Assembly: GCA_000934665.2 (NCBI GenBank)
Contig: KZ538443.1
Location: forward strand, 49,931-69,930
DNA: 20,000 bases
Direction of reading: 5' to 3'
DNA from: Catajapyx aquilonaris
Lineage: Eukaryota
The translations under genes were made by a program, and so were the position numbers. The notes under the pieces were generated by a model, which saw only the letters and a program-made list of their open reading frames with translations, was not told where the DNA came from and made no database searches. Below, in pieces: positions 1 to 9,700 of the stretch. How positions within the stretch are numbered: the first letter of the stretch is position 1; each line of letters begins with the position of its first letter.

Positions 1-425
1 AACGCATGTAACTTTTTCATTGAATTTTATTTTCCCCTGTCCTTCCGTGACTTTGTCAGAAAAATCTTCCTAAACATGTAAAGGAAAGAAAAACATTTTG
101 GCTCCCTATTCTTTGGTTTAAAAAAATTCGTAATGAGGAACAGGTCCCTCCTGGAACCGCTCAGGCTCTATATCTCAGGTGAAGCCAGAGCGGCTCAAAC
201 ACATGATGTAACCTTTTAATTAAGAATTTTTCCCTGTCGGAATATGCTGACTCAGGGTGTGATTTTTACGTTATCGGAAGCCTAATGATCTGAACTGCAC
301 TTTCTGTATGTGAAAAGTCCTATATAACAATTTAGTTGATAAGCAGAAATTAAAATATACCGTTGGAGCCTCTCAGGCTCCACCTACGTAGTTAAAGGTG
401 TTTCGCCCACCTACGTAGTTAAGGG
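1..425. mobile_element. Probable right end of a piggyBac-like non-autonomous element (other end outside window)
   Basis: Ends ...AAGGG followed by TTAA (426-429). The subterminal motif CCACCTACGTAGTTAA is duplicated (380-395 and 407-422). An internal imperfect direct repeat occurs at about 1-42 and about 197-240. Only one end is visible. Confidence 0.5.
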
Positions 426-1532
426 TTAACTCAGGCTTTCTGCAGTAATGTCCAGGAGCATAATCATATGCCAGTGCAGTGTGGTGCACATATTACTCTT
501 GATTTGGACTGTGACCTTGTCATCATTTCAAAGGATAGCAAGGATTTTTCTTACCAACTGTGAAAAGAATACCTGCCAGGGTTGAGATGTCTCAATGTCT
601 CAATAATTTTTATTGTAATGGCTCTGTCAGACAGGCTTTGTGCTAGTTGGGTTAGCCACGTTCACTGCGGTGGCCTGGTCACACAGGCCAGCTTTGTGCT
701 TCATTGAGTCCTGAGGGCTTGTCTGGGCGCAGAAATTGGGGGAATTTGGGGGCAGCACAGCGAGACCCGAGCCTTTCGCTACGTCAGTCGTGATTGGTCA
801 AAACCTCTTGTCCTCTTCCCTACCACCCGACCACCCCTTCCACCATAACCCCCTTGCCTTTCCTCTCCCCAGCTGGGCCTTGCCTGTTCTTTTTCTTGTC
901 ATGTGAGGACCATGTGGTGTAGGAAGGAATGTACTTTGCTGTTCTATTTCTACATTCCCTTTATTTACACCCTGCGCCCAAGTCAGAGCACGTGGGACAA
1001 GTTTTGGGTGCAACTGGCGCAGTGAACTTGGGTAGTGCAACGGCTGTCTGACAGAGCCATAAGTTGTTCGTAATATTAGGTGAAAAAGTGAAGCTCAGTT
1101 TCTCTTTAAGTTTTCTGAATTGCGAAAATAAAAACTTGAACCCTGTGAATTTGCAATTATTTCTTAAAATGTTCTTGAAATGGGCACAAAGTGCTAGGAA
1201 TTTTCTGGAATCTATAGTATTAAAATCCTATTCAAGATTTTGTATAAGCCCTCTGATTGGTCCACCTCATGTTGTTGCCACAACACTTCCTATTGGCCAA
1301 CGTTCTGCAGATGCGCAGTGGGTGGAGGCAGCCCCTCTGGTGGGTGGGAGGAGAAACTGTTCATTCCATTGCTGCCTGCCAGTGACTTTACTTTGCTCCC
1401 TGCCCATCCCCACACCCCATCCCTCACTTTCCCCCCTGTCCCCCCCCCCCTCTTGTCCCCTCCCCCCGCTCGCATCATTGCTGGCTAAGTCCAAAGCGAT
1501 TAACAATATGGCCTCCATCCCAGGTCGCAGGC

Positions 1533-1567
1533 CTAGAAAAATGCGGGCGAACCGAGGGTTTTTCTAG
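1533..1567 (+). mobile_element. Possible Helitron-type 3' terminus
   Basis: GC-rich imperfect hairpin GCGGGCGAACCGAGGG followed shortly by CTAG|T, resembling insect Helitron 3' ends. The 5' boundary is not identifiable. Confidence 0.35.
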
Positions 1568-1955
1568 TTTATATTTTAACTTTCATGGAAATGATGGATG
1601 ATGCCAGTTTTTTACATACTGGTGCATTACGTAGAGTTCACTGAAAGTAATATTTAATAAAATCAATACTGATTGCGAAATATGGCAACACTTCAAATGG
1701 GGGATTACATTTGTATGAAATGAATGTGAACATGCCAATTTCATTAATGTTCAGCACTTGTGAACAATATGTGGGTTAAAATGGAATATGTTAAAATGAG
1801 ACATGTCAGATGTGAGATGCATTGAAATTTTATCAGGGGCCAATACATGTTGGTTGTGCAGTACATGTATATTTTCACATATGTACACTATTCGGTTAGT
1901 GGAGATAAGAAGGATGAAAATTAAGGAATTACCTCTCGGGGGTTGTTCGTTTCAG

Positions 1956-2078
1956 ATGGACCTTACTTCTGTCATCAACAAGTCACAGAGTGAGTGCTTA
2001 AATGACTGTAACACACATTCATTCATCAATTGCCTGAGTGATGATGAGTCATACTTGGAATCAGACTGTGATGAGCAG
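1956..2078 (+). CDS. TXNL1: TXNL1-like (thioredoxin-like 1), first PITH-domain exon (internal exon; upstream thioredoxin-domain exons not seen in window)
   Basis: Acceptor tttcAG ends at 1955, donor GTgagc at 2079. The 123 nt encode MDLTSVINKSQSECLNDCNTHSFINCLSDDESYLESDCDEQ, matching the TXNL1 motifs MDL..I.K..ECLN and LESDCDEQ. Confidence 0.93.
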
Positions 2079-2162
2079 GTGAGCTTTTAGTGTGTTGTGC
2101 CTCACAACTTATTTGTGGAATTTTTGAGATTTTTGAAAACCATGAAAGTGGTACACATTTTA

Positions 2163-2280
2163 TAGATTCAACTAGAGAATGGTACTGAAGTCATATGCCA
2201 AAAATTACTTTCAACAATGTCAACAAAGAAATTAAGAATGAAAGACACAAGATGTCAGTACCATTCTCTGGTTTAATCCA
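2163..2280. mobile_element. Small MITE in TXNL1 intron
   Basis: About 30-bp imperfect terminal inverted repeats (TAGATTCAACTAGAGAATGGTACTGAAGTC / GATGTCAGTACCATTCTCTGGTTTAATCCA), flanked by TA on both sides. Confidence 0.6.
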
Positions 2281-2736
2281 TAATATACCTTTCAGCATGT
2301 TGACCAAGTGTTATAGTTGCTAATCTCACCAATTGTGGGAAACGGTATTACTGTATCAGTGTTGCATTATAAGTACTTCAAGTGTGTTTACACTAAGTGG
2401 CCAACTACATCAGAAATGCCCATTCAAAATGGCCTTTTAATTGTGGTTGAGTCATAGTGTCAGATGTACTCTTTTGTATTATATTAGCCCTGGAACAAGG
2501 TTGCACGACATGGGTCGGAATGAGCTCTTCCTGGGAGGTCTGCTCGCACTGTTTACTTTTGTAACAGGTGCCACCTTGCTGCTGCATGCACGTTGAGCCA
2601 CCCTAGGGTCATTATGAATGCTCTTAGTTTTTCAAGACATGGTTGGGATTGCATGAAATTTGACCATGTCAGAAACAGACCATGTTGAACCTTGTCTTAA
2701 GAGCACCCTCACTAATACATATCTTAATACTTTCAG

Positions 2737-2897
2737 CTGATTTTGTCACTCAGCTTCAATCAAGCTGTGAAGCTGCACTCACTGAAGGTGGTAGCCCCTC
2801 CAGACAAGGGTCCTAAAACTATAAAGCTGTTCATAAATCAGCCTCGCACCTTAGACTTTGACATGGCAGATCACATTAATCCTGTGCAGGAAGTTGA
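2737..2897 (+). CDS. TXNL1: TXNL1-like PITH-domain exon (not in ORF track)
   Basis: Acceptor tttcAG ends at 2736, donor GTaagt at 2898 (phase 2). Encodes LILSLSFNQAVKLHSLKVVAPPDKGPKTIKLFINQPRTLDFDMADHINPVQEV(E), with the GPK...FINQPR.LDFD motif, in frame with the preceding exon. Confidence 0.93.
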
Positions 2898-2953
2898 GTA
2901 AGTAGACCACAAATCTTATCTTCAGCAATGATGCAAATCAAGTTGTATTACAG

Positions 2954-3164
2954 GCTGAACTCCAAGGAACTGGATGGGGAGCAAGTATTGCTACGCTATG
3001 TCAAGTTCCAGAACGTCCAGAATGTTCAGCTGTTCATAAAGGACAATCAGTCAGGCAATGATGTGACACGGATTGATCAGTTAATGCTGATTGGTTCCCC
3101 TATCAACACCACCAACATGAGTGACTTTAAGAGGGTCACAGGCAAGAAAGGAGAGGCTCATTAG
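2954..3164 (+). CDS. TXNL1: TXNL1-like terminal coding exon
   Basis: Follows a 56-nt GT..AG intron (2898-2953) with compatible phase (GA|G = Glu). Encodes LNSKELDGEQVLLRYVKFQNVQNVQLFIKDNQSGNDVTRIDQLMLIGSPINTTNMSDFKRVTGKKGEAH*, with LRYVKFQNV and the TXNL1-type C-terminus TNM.DFKRV.GKKGE.H. Confidence 0.95.
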
Positions 3165-3181
3165 GTGGGTGTCATCTATTG

Positions 3182-3549
3182 CAGTGCTTCCCAATCTTCT
3201 TTATTAGCAACCCCAGAAAACCGTGTAGTAAAATTCACGACTCCTAATTTCCAATTCAATCCCTTCCATGTTTTCTGCACTACTGTACTGTATCTCTCCT
3301 CTCTCATCACCCTCCCAGATGTACATATTGTCATTCCCTAACATGAAATGATGGGTAAATAGTGTTAGTCAATGAAAATCATTGATAACTTGTCGAATAT
3401 CTGAATTGTTCTGAAACTTACCTTATGGGAATAATTTTCAAGAGTGACAGAATCATTTTGTGAAAATAATTTGTTAACCTCCCTCATTAGCGCAAATATT
3501 AAGTTCGCAACCCCATTTGGGGTCATGACCCACAGTTTGAGAAGCACTG
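3182..3549. mobile_element. hAT-like MITE immediately downstream of the TXNL1 stop codon
   Basis: TIRs CAGTGCTTCCCAATCT and AGTTTGAGAAGCACTG (reverse complement CAGTGCTTCTCAAACT), typical of hAT/Charlie-like ends. GCAACCCC subterminal motif near both ends. The 8-bp flanks ATCTATTG / GTCTCTAG are only 5/8 identical (decayed TSD?). Confidence 0.65.
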
Positions 3550-3806
3550 GTCTCTAGTATACCGTATATGAATTAGTAGATACCATTTGAAAAGTACTAC
3601 GGTGCAGCATAAAAAAGATACTGCTGCAAGGGCTAAAATCATGGCAGATGGTTTGATTTTAATGATAATTTTTTGAAAAAGGTTTCATATGAGAAACATG
3701 CACTCATTCTCTGTAGACTTTCTGGTAGTACCTGCTAGTCTCCAGTAATATTCTATGCCAAAGCAGACCACCTGGAAGGCTTCAGAATCTCAAAATTAGG
3801 TTTACA

Positions 3807-3843
3807 GTGACTGGTACAGTTCATACAGAACTGTACCAGTCAC
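3807..3843. repeat. Perfect 16-bp inverted repeat (hairpin, 5-nt loop)
   Basis: GTGACTGGTACAGTTC-ATACA-GAACTGTACCAGTCAC. Confidence 0.9.
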
Positions 3844-4334
3844 CAAAACAAGGTGTTCCAAGGAGGAGGAGGAAACACTGCAGAAAGTATCTGTTCCAAG
3901 ATAGAATTTACTTTGTATGGCAATAATTTTAAGAGAAAGGGCCGAATTCAGAGAGGTTGGTTAATGTAAATGAGCAGCACAGTTAAAGCCTACGTTGTAC
4001 AGTACCCTGCCGGTGTAGCATGAGAGCGCCTTTTTCAGTGCAACCCGCAAGGCTAAAAACCTGTTCAACCAGGTTCAACCCACTGAATCTGCCTGTCCGC
4101 GCCGGTCAATTCGAATACGGAAAGGATGTGACGTCACGCCGTACTGCCATAATAAATAAATTGATTACTGCCGTATTTCTAATTGTTTTATAAAACCGAC
4201 CGGGGTTGTCGCCACCTATGATTTTTCCCCACCCCCTCGCGCGCGCTTGACCCGTATAATTTTGCAGATATGGTTGAAATTGGAGAAGGTAATGGCAAAG
4301 GGTGACCCAATTGAGATGGATTGCCTCATATATA

Positions 4335-5432
4335 CAGGGGGTTTCTAAGAGTTATGTCATGCAGCCAGCAGCACATTAATTTGCCCAAAAAAGTCGAAAT
4401 TTTAGTGGAGGAGAACTGTTGAGGGACCAACTGGTAATGAGGTAAGCGACCAGACACATTGGCTTGCCCCTAGACTCTTGCAGCAGCACATGCTCACATT
4501 TTTGTAGAGAGATTGCCTGCCAGATGGAATTGTGTACTGACAGTGGTTTCCTCGTGAGCAGGTTATGAGCTTGATAATAATCATAGTGCAAAGAGGCGAC
4601 CTTGCAAATCCCATGGGTAAAGACTATGACACTCATGTCCTGCTCCCTAGGCAACCACTGTCAGTACACAATTTTATCTGACAGGCAATTTCCCTACAAA
4701 AAGGTGTCATGTGTTGCAGCATGTGTCCAGGGGCTGGCCAATGTGTCTGGTTTTCTACCTCCTGACAAGATGATCTCTAGACACTTCTCACCCCTACCAT
4801 ATTACTTCTCATATTGCGGCACGCCGGTATAAAACGAGGTCGACCAGCATGCCGGTATAACCCGGGGGTGGCCGGCATGAGGCAATAACCGAGGTAGATT
4901 TCCGTAATTTTGATCCTTGCCAAATTTCTTGGAATGCTTCTGGTACCATACTAAAATAATGTTACAATGAAAATGGGCGAGTGTACAGGCTATGAGAATA
5001 TGTCAGTTCTGTTGCACAGTGCATTTAAAAAATGTAGAGTGTGTGACCAATCCCATCGTCTGCCTGCTTTGACAGGGGAACCCCCTGCTCTAACATACGG
5101 TTTAAAGAGAGATTATTGCCAAATACTGCGATTGAAAACAATATATGGTATGGGTACCCTATTTGGAAAATGTGTCCTTTCGATAGCCTTTATGTGAATT
5201 TCGGTTTTCAGGCACATGTCAAGTTCAGAAAGGATAATGTAACTTATGTGAAAACCTTGCCTTATACCAGCATACCTCGCCCTATACCACCAGATGGTGC
5301 ATTTCTAAAAACTGGTCGACCTCGCCTACACCGGCATGCCGCAATATGAGAGGTAATACAGTACATGGTTTACTTGTTTTGGGCCAACGATTACTCTGCC
5401 TGCCAGATGACATACTAGCTAAAGCCACCCTG
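4335..5432. mobile_element. Old Tc1/mariner-type foldback MITE (TA-flanked), interrupted by a second element
   Basis: TA|CAGGGGGTTTC... and ...GCCACCCTG|TA ends with about 60-bp degenerate TIRs. An inner imperfect inverted repeat of about 120 bp lies at 4449-4569 vs 4632-4751. Confidence 0.6.
4802..5356. mobile_element. Nested non-autonomous TIR element
   Basis: About 46-bp TIRs TTAC(T/C)TCTCATATTGCGGCA(C/T)GCCGGT...CGAGGTCGACCAG at both ends, TA on both flanks, and duplicated GCCGGTATAA at the left end. Superfamily uncertain. Confidence 0.75.
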
Positions 5433-6065
5433 TATGTATCAGAGTTTGCATACGAAATTACTTAATAGCACACACAAGCAGAAAGAAAAGAAAATTGTGG
5501 CCTTCACCATGAAACTGCCTTGTTTAGTGACTTGTGAAATGATTTGTTAAAAACAGAAAACATTTGAGTGCATTATTCATTGCAGTGGGTTTTTCAGAGC
5601 ACATCATGGATGAAGGGAGGACCAGCTGGAGGAAGTAGCATGGTCCATTGCACACATGGAATTATAAGCCAGTGATAAAAAATCTCAGACCAGCATCATG
5701 GACGTTGGAACTACAGTATGAGAAGGCCAAGGGACAAAATCCATTGTACAAGAAATTGCTGATGTGGAAAACATCTGTGGAGAATAAATCTGTTATCCCT
5801 ATCTTTGTCACATTATGTAAAAAGGAAACAATAATAAGGCAAACAAGTGTCAAAATCTCATGAAAAGATATTGACATCTATTCTAATTCCTAGTGCTAAT
5901 GCTCTGACATATTTGGTCTGACTTGAACTTTTTAGTGGACCTGTTGAAACCCTTGGCTAGACTGTAATGCTTTGAAATATTACTTGTGTTCTGGCACTTT
6001 TTTTGGACCGTTATAAGCAGATCAGCGATACCTTCTGCATCTTCCATGTTGTTCCAATCTATGTA

Positions 6066-6233
6066 TGAGGGTTGAGTCAAAAGTCATGGCGCATATTTTT
6101 TCATTCAAAAACGGTAACATATACAGAGATGACTTAAACACTTTTGATAATGTATTTAAAATTGTATGAAAAATTGTATGTTGGTGTATGGAAGTCTGAT
6201 ATGTCCCTCCCTGTGTTTGGAGGCAGGGAGGAA

Positions 6234-6290
<57 letters not shown>

Positions 6291-6975
6291 TACAGAGATG
6301 ACCTTTGCTGAGTTTTCAAGATCCGGCGATTACAATTTTATCTGGCATATAGAAGTCGCCCATATTGCGGGGAGGGGGGGGGGGGGGGAAACAAAGGGGG
6401 AATGTGACCCCCCCACCACACACCAGAAATCGCCCTAAGATGGCCCGAGCCTGACGCGCTTGGAGCTGTTGGACGTGGCATGCTGGACACTCGGAGATGG
6501 ACAACACGGGAGCTTGATTTCTACTGTGGGACAAGTCAGAGCACTATGCTTAGGACTCTGAAAGACTGAAAGGTCTCAGGAAGTTGTCATCCTCACTGGT
6601 TCCTCCCCATCTCTCTGAGGTGCAAAAGTGCTGCCATTTTGCCATCGCATGGACCTCTATCGCATTGAAGGCGATGGTTTTTTAAAACTGTCTGTGGCGA
6701 TGGGCGACACATGGCTACGGGCACAGTGGTCTGACTTGTCCCACACTCGAAATCAAGCTCCCGTGAGCATCAGGCTCGGGCCGTCTTAGGGCAATGGTGT
6801 GGTGGGGGGGTCACATTCCCCCTTTGTTTCCCAACCCCCTCACAATATGGGCATCATCTATATGCCAGATAAAATTGTAATGGCCGGATCTTCAAAACTC
6901 AGCAAAGGTCATCTCTGTATGTGTTACCATTTTTGAATTAAAAAATATGCGCCATGACTTTTGAATCAGCCCTCA
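6066..6975. mobile_element. Mariner-derived MITE with long (about 250-300 bp) inverted arms
   Basis: TA|TGAGGGTTGAGTCAAAAGTCATGGCGCA... and ...TGCGCCATGACTTTTGAATCAGCCCTCA|TA. The arms (6066-6133 plus 6303-~6549, and ~6721-6975) align in reverse complement with one ~50-bp indel. Unique spacer of about 170 bp. Confidence 0.88.
6134..6289 (+). mobile_element. 5'-truncated non-LTR retroposon (LINE/SINE 3' tail) inserted in the MITE arm
   Basis: Perfect 13-bp TSD ATACAGAGATGAC (6121-6133 and 6290-6302). The insert ends in a CCTCCCTG...CAGGGAGG stem-loop followed by a (TAAA)n(TAA)n tail, and is absent from the opposite arm. Confidence 0.8.
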
Positions 6976-7331
6976 TAAGAAGAAAAAAGTGTAACCTCAT
7001 TATAATTTCTGATCTGCAAGGTTATTGAAACCACCTATGAGATAGGGAATGTACGTATTTGTGAAAGTTGTTGAATGATGTCAAAAGGAAAGTAAAGCAC
7101 ATGTGGGTTTGGGATAAGTATTGCAGCATTAATTCAATTACACCAAGTACATTATTTTAAGGACTTGAAGAGGACCCCATGTATGAGACATTTTGTAACC
7201 TGTGCTGCTATTATTCTGCATGCACTTCTGTCATTCCTGGTAAGATTTGTACCACAAAATGTAAATGGTGTGTAATGTATTTGGTACCATGTATTCAGCC
7301 TTAGATTAGTACTGATGTCACAATCTTTTAA

Positions 7332-7613
7332 CCCTGGAACCGTGCCGTGCCTACGAGTATTACAACAACCGTGCCGTGGGGTCTTTTCGGACCGCAACAT
7401 ATTTTAATTTTTATTAATTATTATATGATACTTTTCAATGTATTGACTATATACAATCATTCTTTGAACAATGCCTAAAAGGATCTCTAATTCAAAATAA
7501 ACCTGCACTTCCTGTTATATACGGTAAAAAAATGGCAAAAGTTCATTGTAATTATCATTTTAATGCATTTTTCTCCTTGGGGTCCAAAAAGACCCCACGG
7601 CACGGTTCCAGGG
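7332..7613. mobile_element. piggyBac-like MITE
   Basis: TTAA TSD (7328-7331 and 7614-7617). Perfect 18-bp TIR CCCTGGAACCGTGCCGTG. Asymmetric subterminal repeat AACCGTGCCGTGGGGTCTTTT(C/T)GGACC. Confidence 0.9.
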
Positions 7614-7750
7614 TTAATAACGGTTTATTATGTGGTTGACAGGTCATTGTTTCCCATCGTGACATCAGGACTACTTTAAAACTGATTACATTGTACATGG
7701 AGCCATCCATGAGCAGATAGTACTAAATAGTCGCATTACACATCTGCAGA

Positions 7751-7875
7751 TCTGCTGTCCCAAGGAAAAGGCCCTATCTTCAAAATTCTTGGCCCAAGGA
7801 GCCCAGGGCCTGTACATGACTTACAGTATGTCCTAGCCTGTTTTGCAGATGGGGCTTTTTTCCTTGGGCAGCAGA
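7751..7875. repeat. Imperfect inverted repeat, probable decayed MITE
   Basis: TCTGCTGTCCCAAGGAAAAGGCCCTATCTTCAAAA vs TTTTGCAGATGGGGCTTTTTTCCTTGGGCAGCAGA. No clear TSD. Confidence 0.5.
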
Positions 7876-8272
7876 AATATCCCCTGTGCAGCCTAACAAA
7901 CAGGCTAACAAGTCGGCTCCACCCACTGCATCTTCATGCCACCTGTGCCATCTCCTACCCCTGATGCTAATAGTAATAGGATGTTGCCAAGAAGATGAAT
8001 TGTGCCATGCATTTGACGCAAAGGTACTTTGACACCTGTGAAAAACATGTTAACCTAGATTCTTTGCAGGTGTCTTATTGCGCTAAGACATTATCATAGG
8101 TAGATGTGGCATGAAGATAAGGCTACAATAATGAATAGGGATATCTCACAAAAAGTGTCTTGAATTTTAATTAAAAACCTAGAAATCAATTTTTTGCTCA
8201 TTATACTAACCCCCTCCCGTCATAACTTCACGATAGTTAATTTTGGTCCCGACGCTGGGCGAACGAGTTTAA

Positions 8273-8426
8273 AGGTGCCTTTACATGTAAGCGATTTGAC
8301 GGGCGAAGTCTTCGCCGAGGCTGAGTAACCCAAGTAACCAATATTGTTTGAGGCGAAAATATATTGTTAATTTCAGCCTCGGCGAAGATTTCGCTCGTCA
8401 AATCGCTCACATGTATAAACGCACCT
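8273..8426. mobile_element. PIF/Harbinger (Tourist-like) MITE
   Basis: TAA TSD on both sides. About 52-bp TIRs AGGTGC(C/G)TTTA..CATGT.AGCGATTTGACG.GCGAA.TCTTCGCCGAGGCTGA. Confidence 0.82.
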
Positions 8427-8779
8427 TAAAATAAGCGCCACTTTTAAGCAGCGTCCAAAAATGCCGAACTTTTAATTTTGCTTTACAAATTATATAAATG
8501 CTACTAATAAAACTATAATATTACCCACGATGTATAAATAAACTTATTGATAATATTATTTTCTAACGTCCAGTAGACAGTAGCAATGATCTAGATGCTA
8601 TTACTATTAGTTCCTAGCGGTTCCTCGTGAGCAATTGCTATTGATCTATTTCGCTTATGTATCTACATGTTTGCCTCTTGCCCCTGTGACCAATACACAT
8701 ATGCATGAAAAACATTCAAATGTAAGTCTGACTTACTCACAGGACTAATCCCATGACCTGTTTTGAATCATTTTCATGA

Positions 8780-9700
8780 TGCACACTCGCGCACACTCCC
8801 CTCGGAAGTAGCAGCTACCCAACATGTTCTAATCAGCTTGCACTGTACAGTTTAGATCCCATTTTCCCGACGATTGTTTCGCGTCCCGGCATGCGACAGT
8901 TCCGGATCGCTTCGTGTCGGAGACGAAGCAGGTACTTATTTTGTGATCGCATTTTCACGATGCGACTGACATTCAGAACATACTCAGAATGCATATGCAT
9001 CAGCGGAAGTCATGTGAGATGATGCGGTGGCGATACCAATATTTTTTTTGTATAAATTGGAATGCTCCCTTTTATTGATGACTAGTGGCACTAGTGGAGT
9101 GGGCTGCGACCTTGACGTGATGACCACGTGACCTTGCCGTTCGAAAATGTGCAGATAATTGAAGAATTCCCACGTAACGCGATTTACTGGCATGAAACTC
9201 GTAAGGAACACATAAGGCGATTGGCAGATAAGCTACGGTGTGAAGGGGCTAAAGTAGTTGGCTTCTGACACCACGCCCACATTTGATCAATAAACGCGGT
9301 CTTTTTTTATTAACCAATTCTCGTAGATTGCAGCAGTGCTGACTTGTAAGTGGTAGGCTGCAGTTAATCTGGTGAATATCAGCAATGACATGTGCTTGCA
9401 GGTTAGTATGCAGGCTGTAGTGCATTAGTGTGAGATTGCCAGTTGCGCTTGCAAGTAATGGGGTGTAGGTTTGAGAGTTCATTGAGGCAGTTCATTAATT
9501 TTAAAACCTGAGTATCGGTTGTCTCGCGCAATGTGGTGGTCAAAGGTTGAAGCGATACGTGAAAGTTTGGAATTCGAATGCGAAGAGTAGCAAAGGTGAA
9601 ACCCCAGCAGAGTTGCTTTGACTAGGAAGTATCCCGAAGAGCATTACTTATCAAGTGCTTATAATTGTCGCTTCCGGTGACGCCTTCAGGTTGTGTCAAA
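8780..9700. promoter_or_regulatory. Candidate CpG-rich promoter / first-exon region
   Basis: Visibly higher CpG density than the flanks and no recognisable TE structure. Contains ETS-like CGGAAGT (9004) and CTTCCGG (~9672), E-boxes TCATGTGA (9010) and CACGTGAC (9125), TGACGTGA (9113) and several GT donor-like sites. No gene assigned. Confidence 0.35.

Noticed and set aside
1064..1567. 167-aa ORF and overlapping Pro/Gly-rich ORFs
   Set aside because: Driven by C/G homopolymer runs, with no recognisable domain and no Trx CGPC motif.
1803..1955. N-terminal extensions in ORFs 1803-2090 and 2928-3164
   Set aside because: Intronic read-through upstream of clear AG acceptors at 1955 and 2953.
7820..8036. 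Possible minus-strand exon (tttttcacAG ... GTaagt)
   Set aside because: None of the three frames gives a recognisable peptide, and it overlaps a decayed inverted repeat. It cannot be supported without RNA data.
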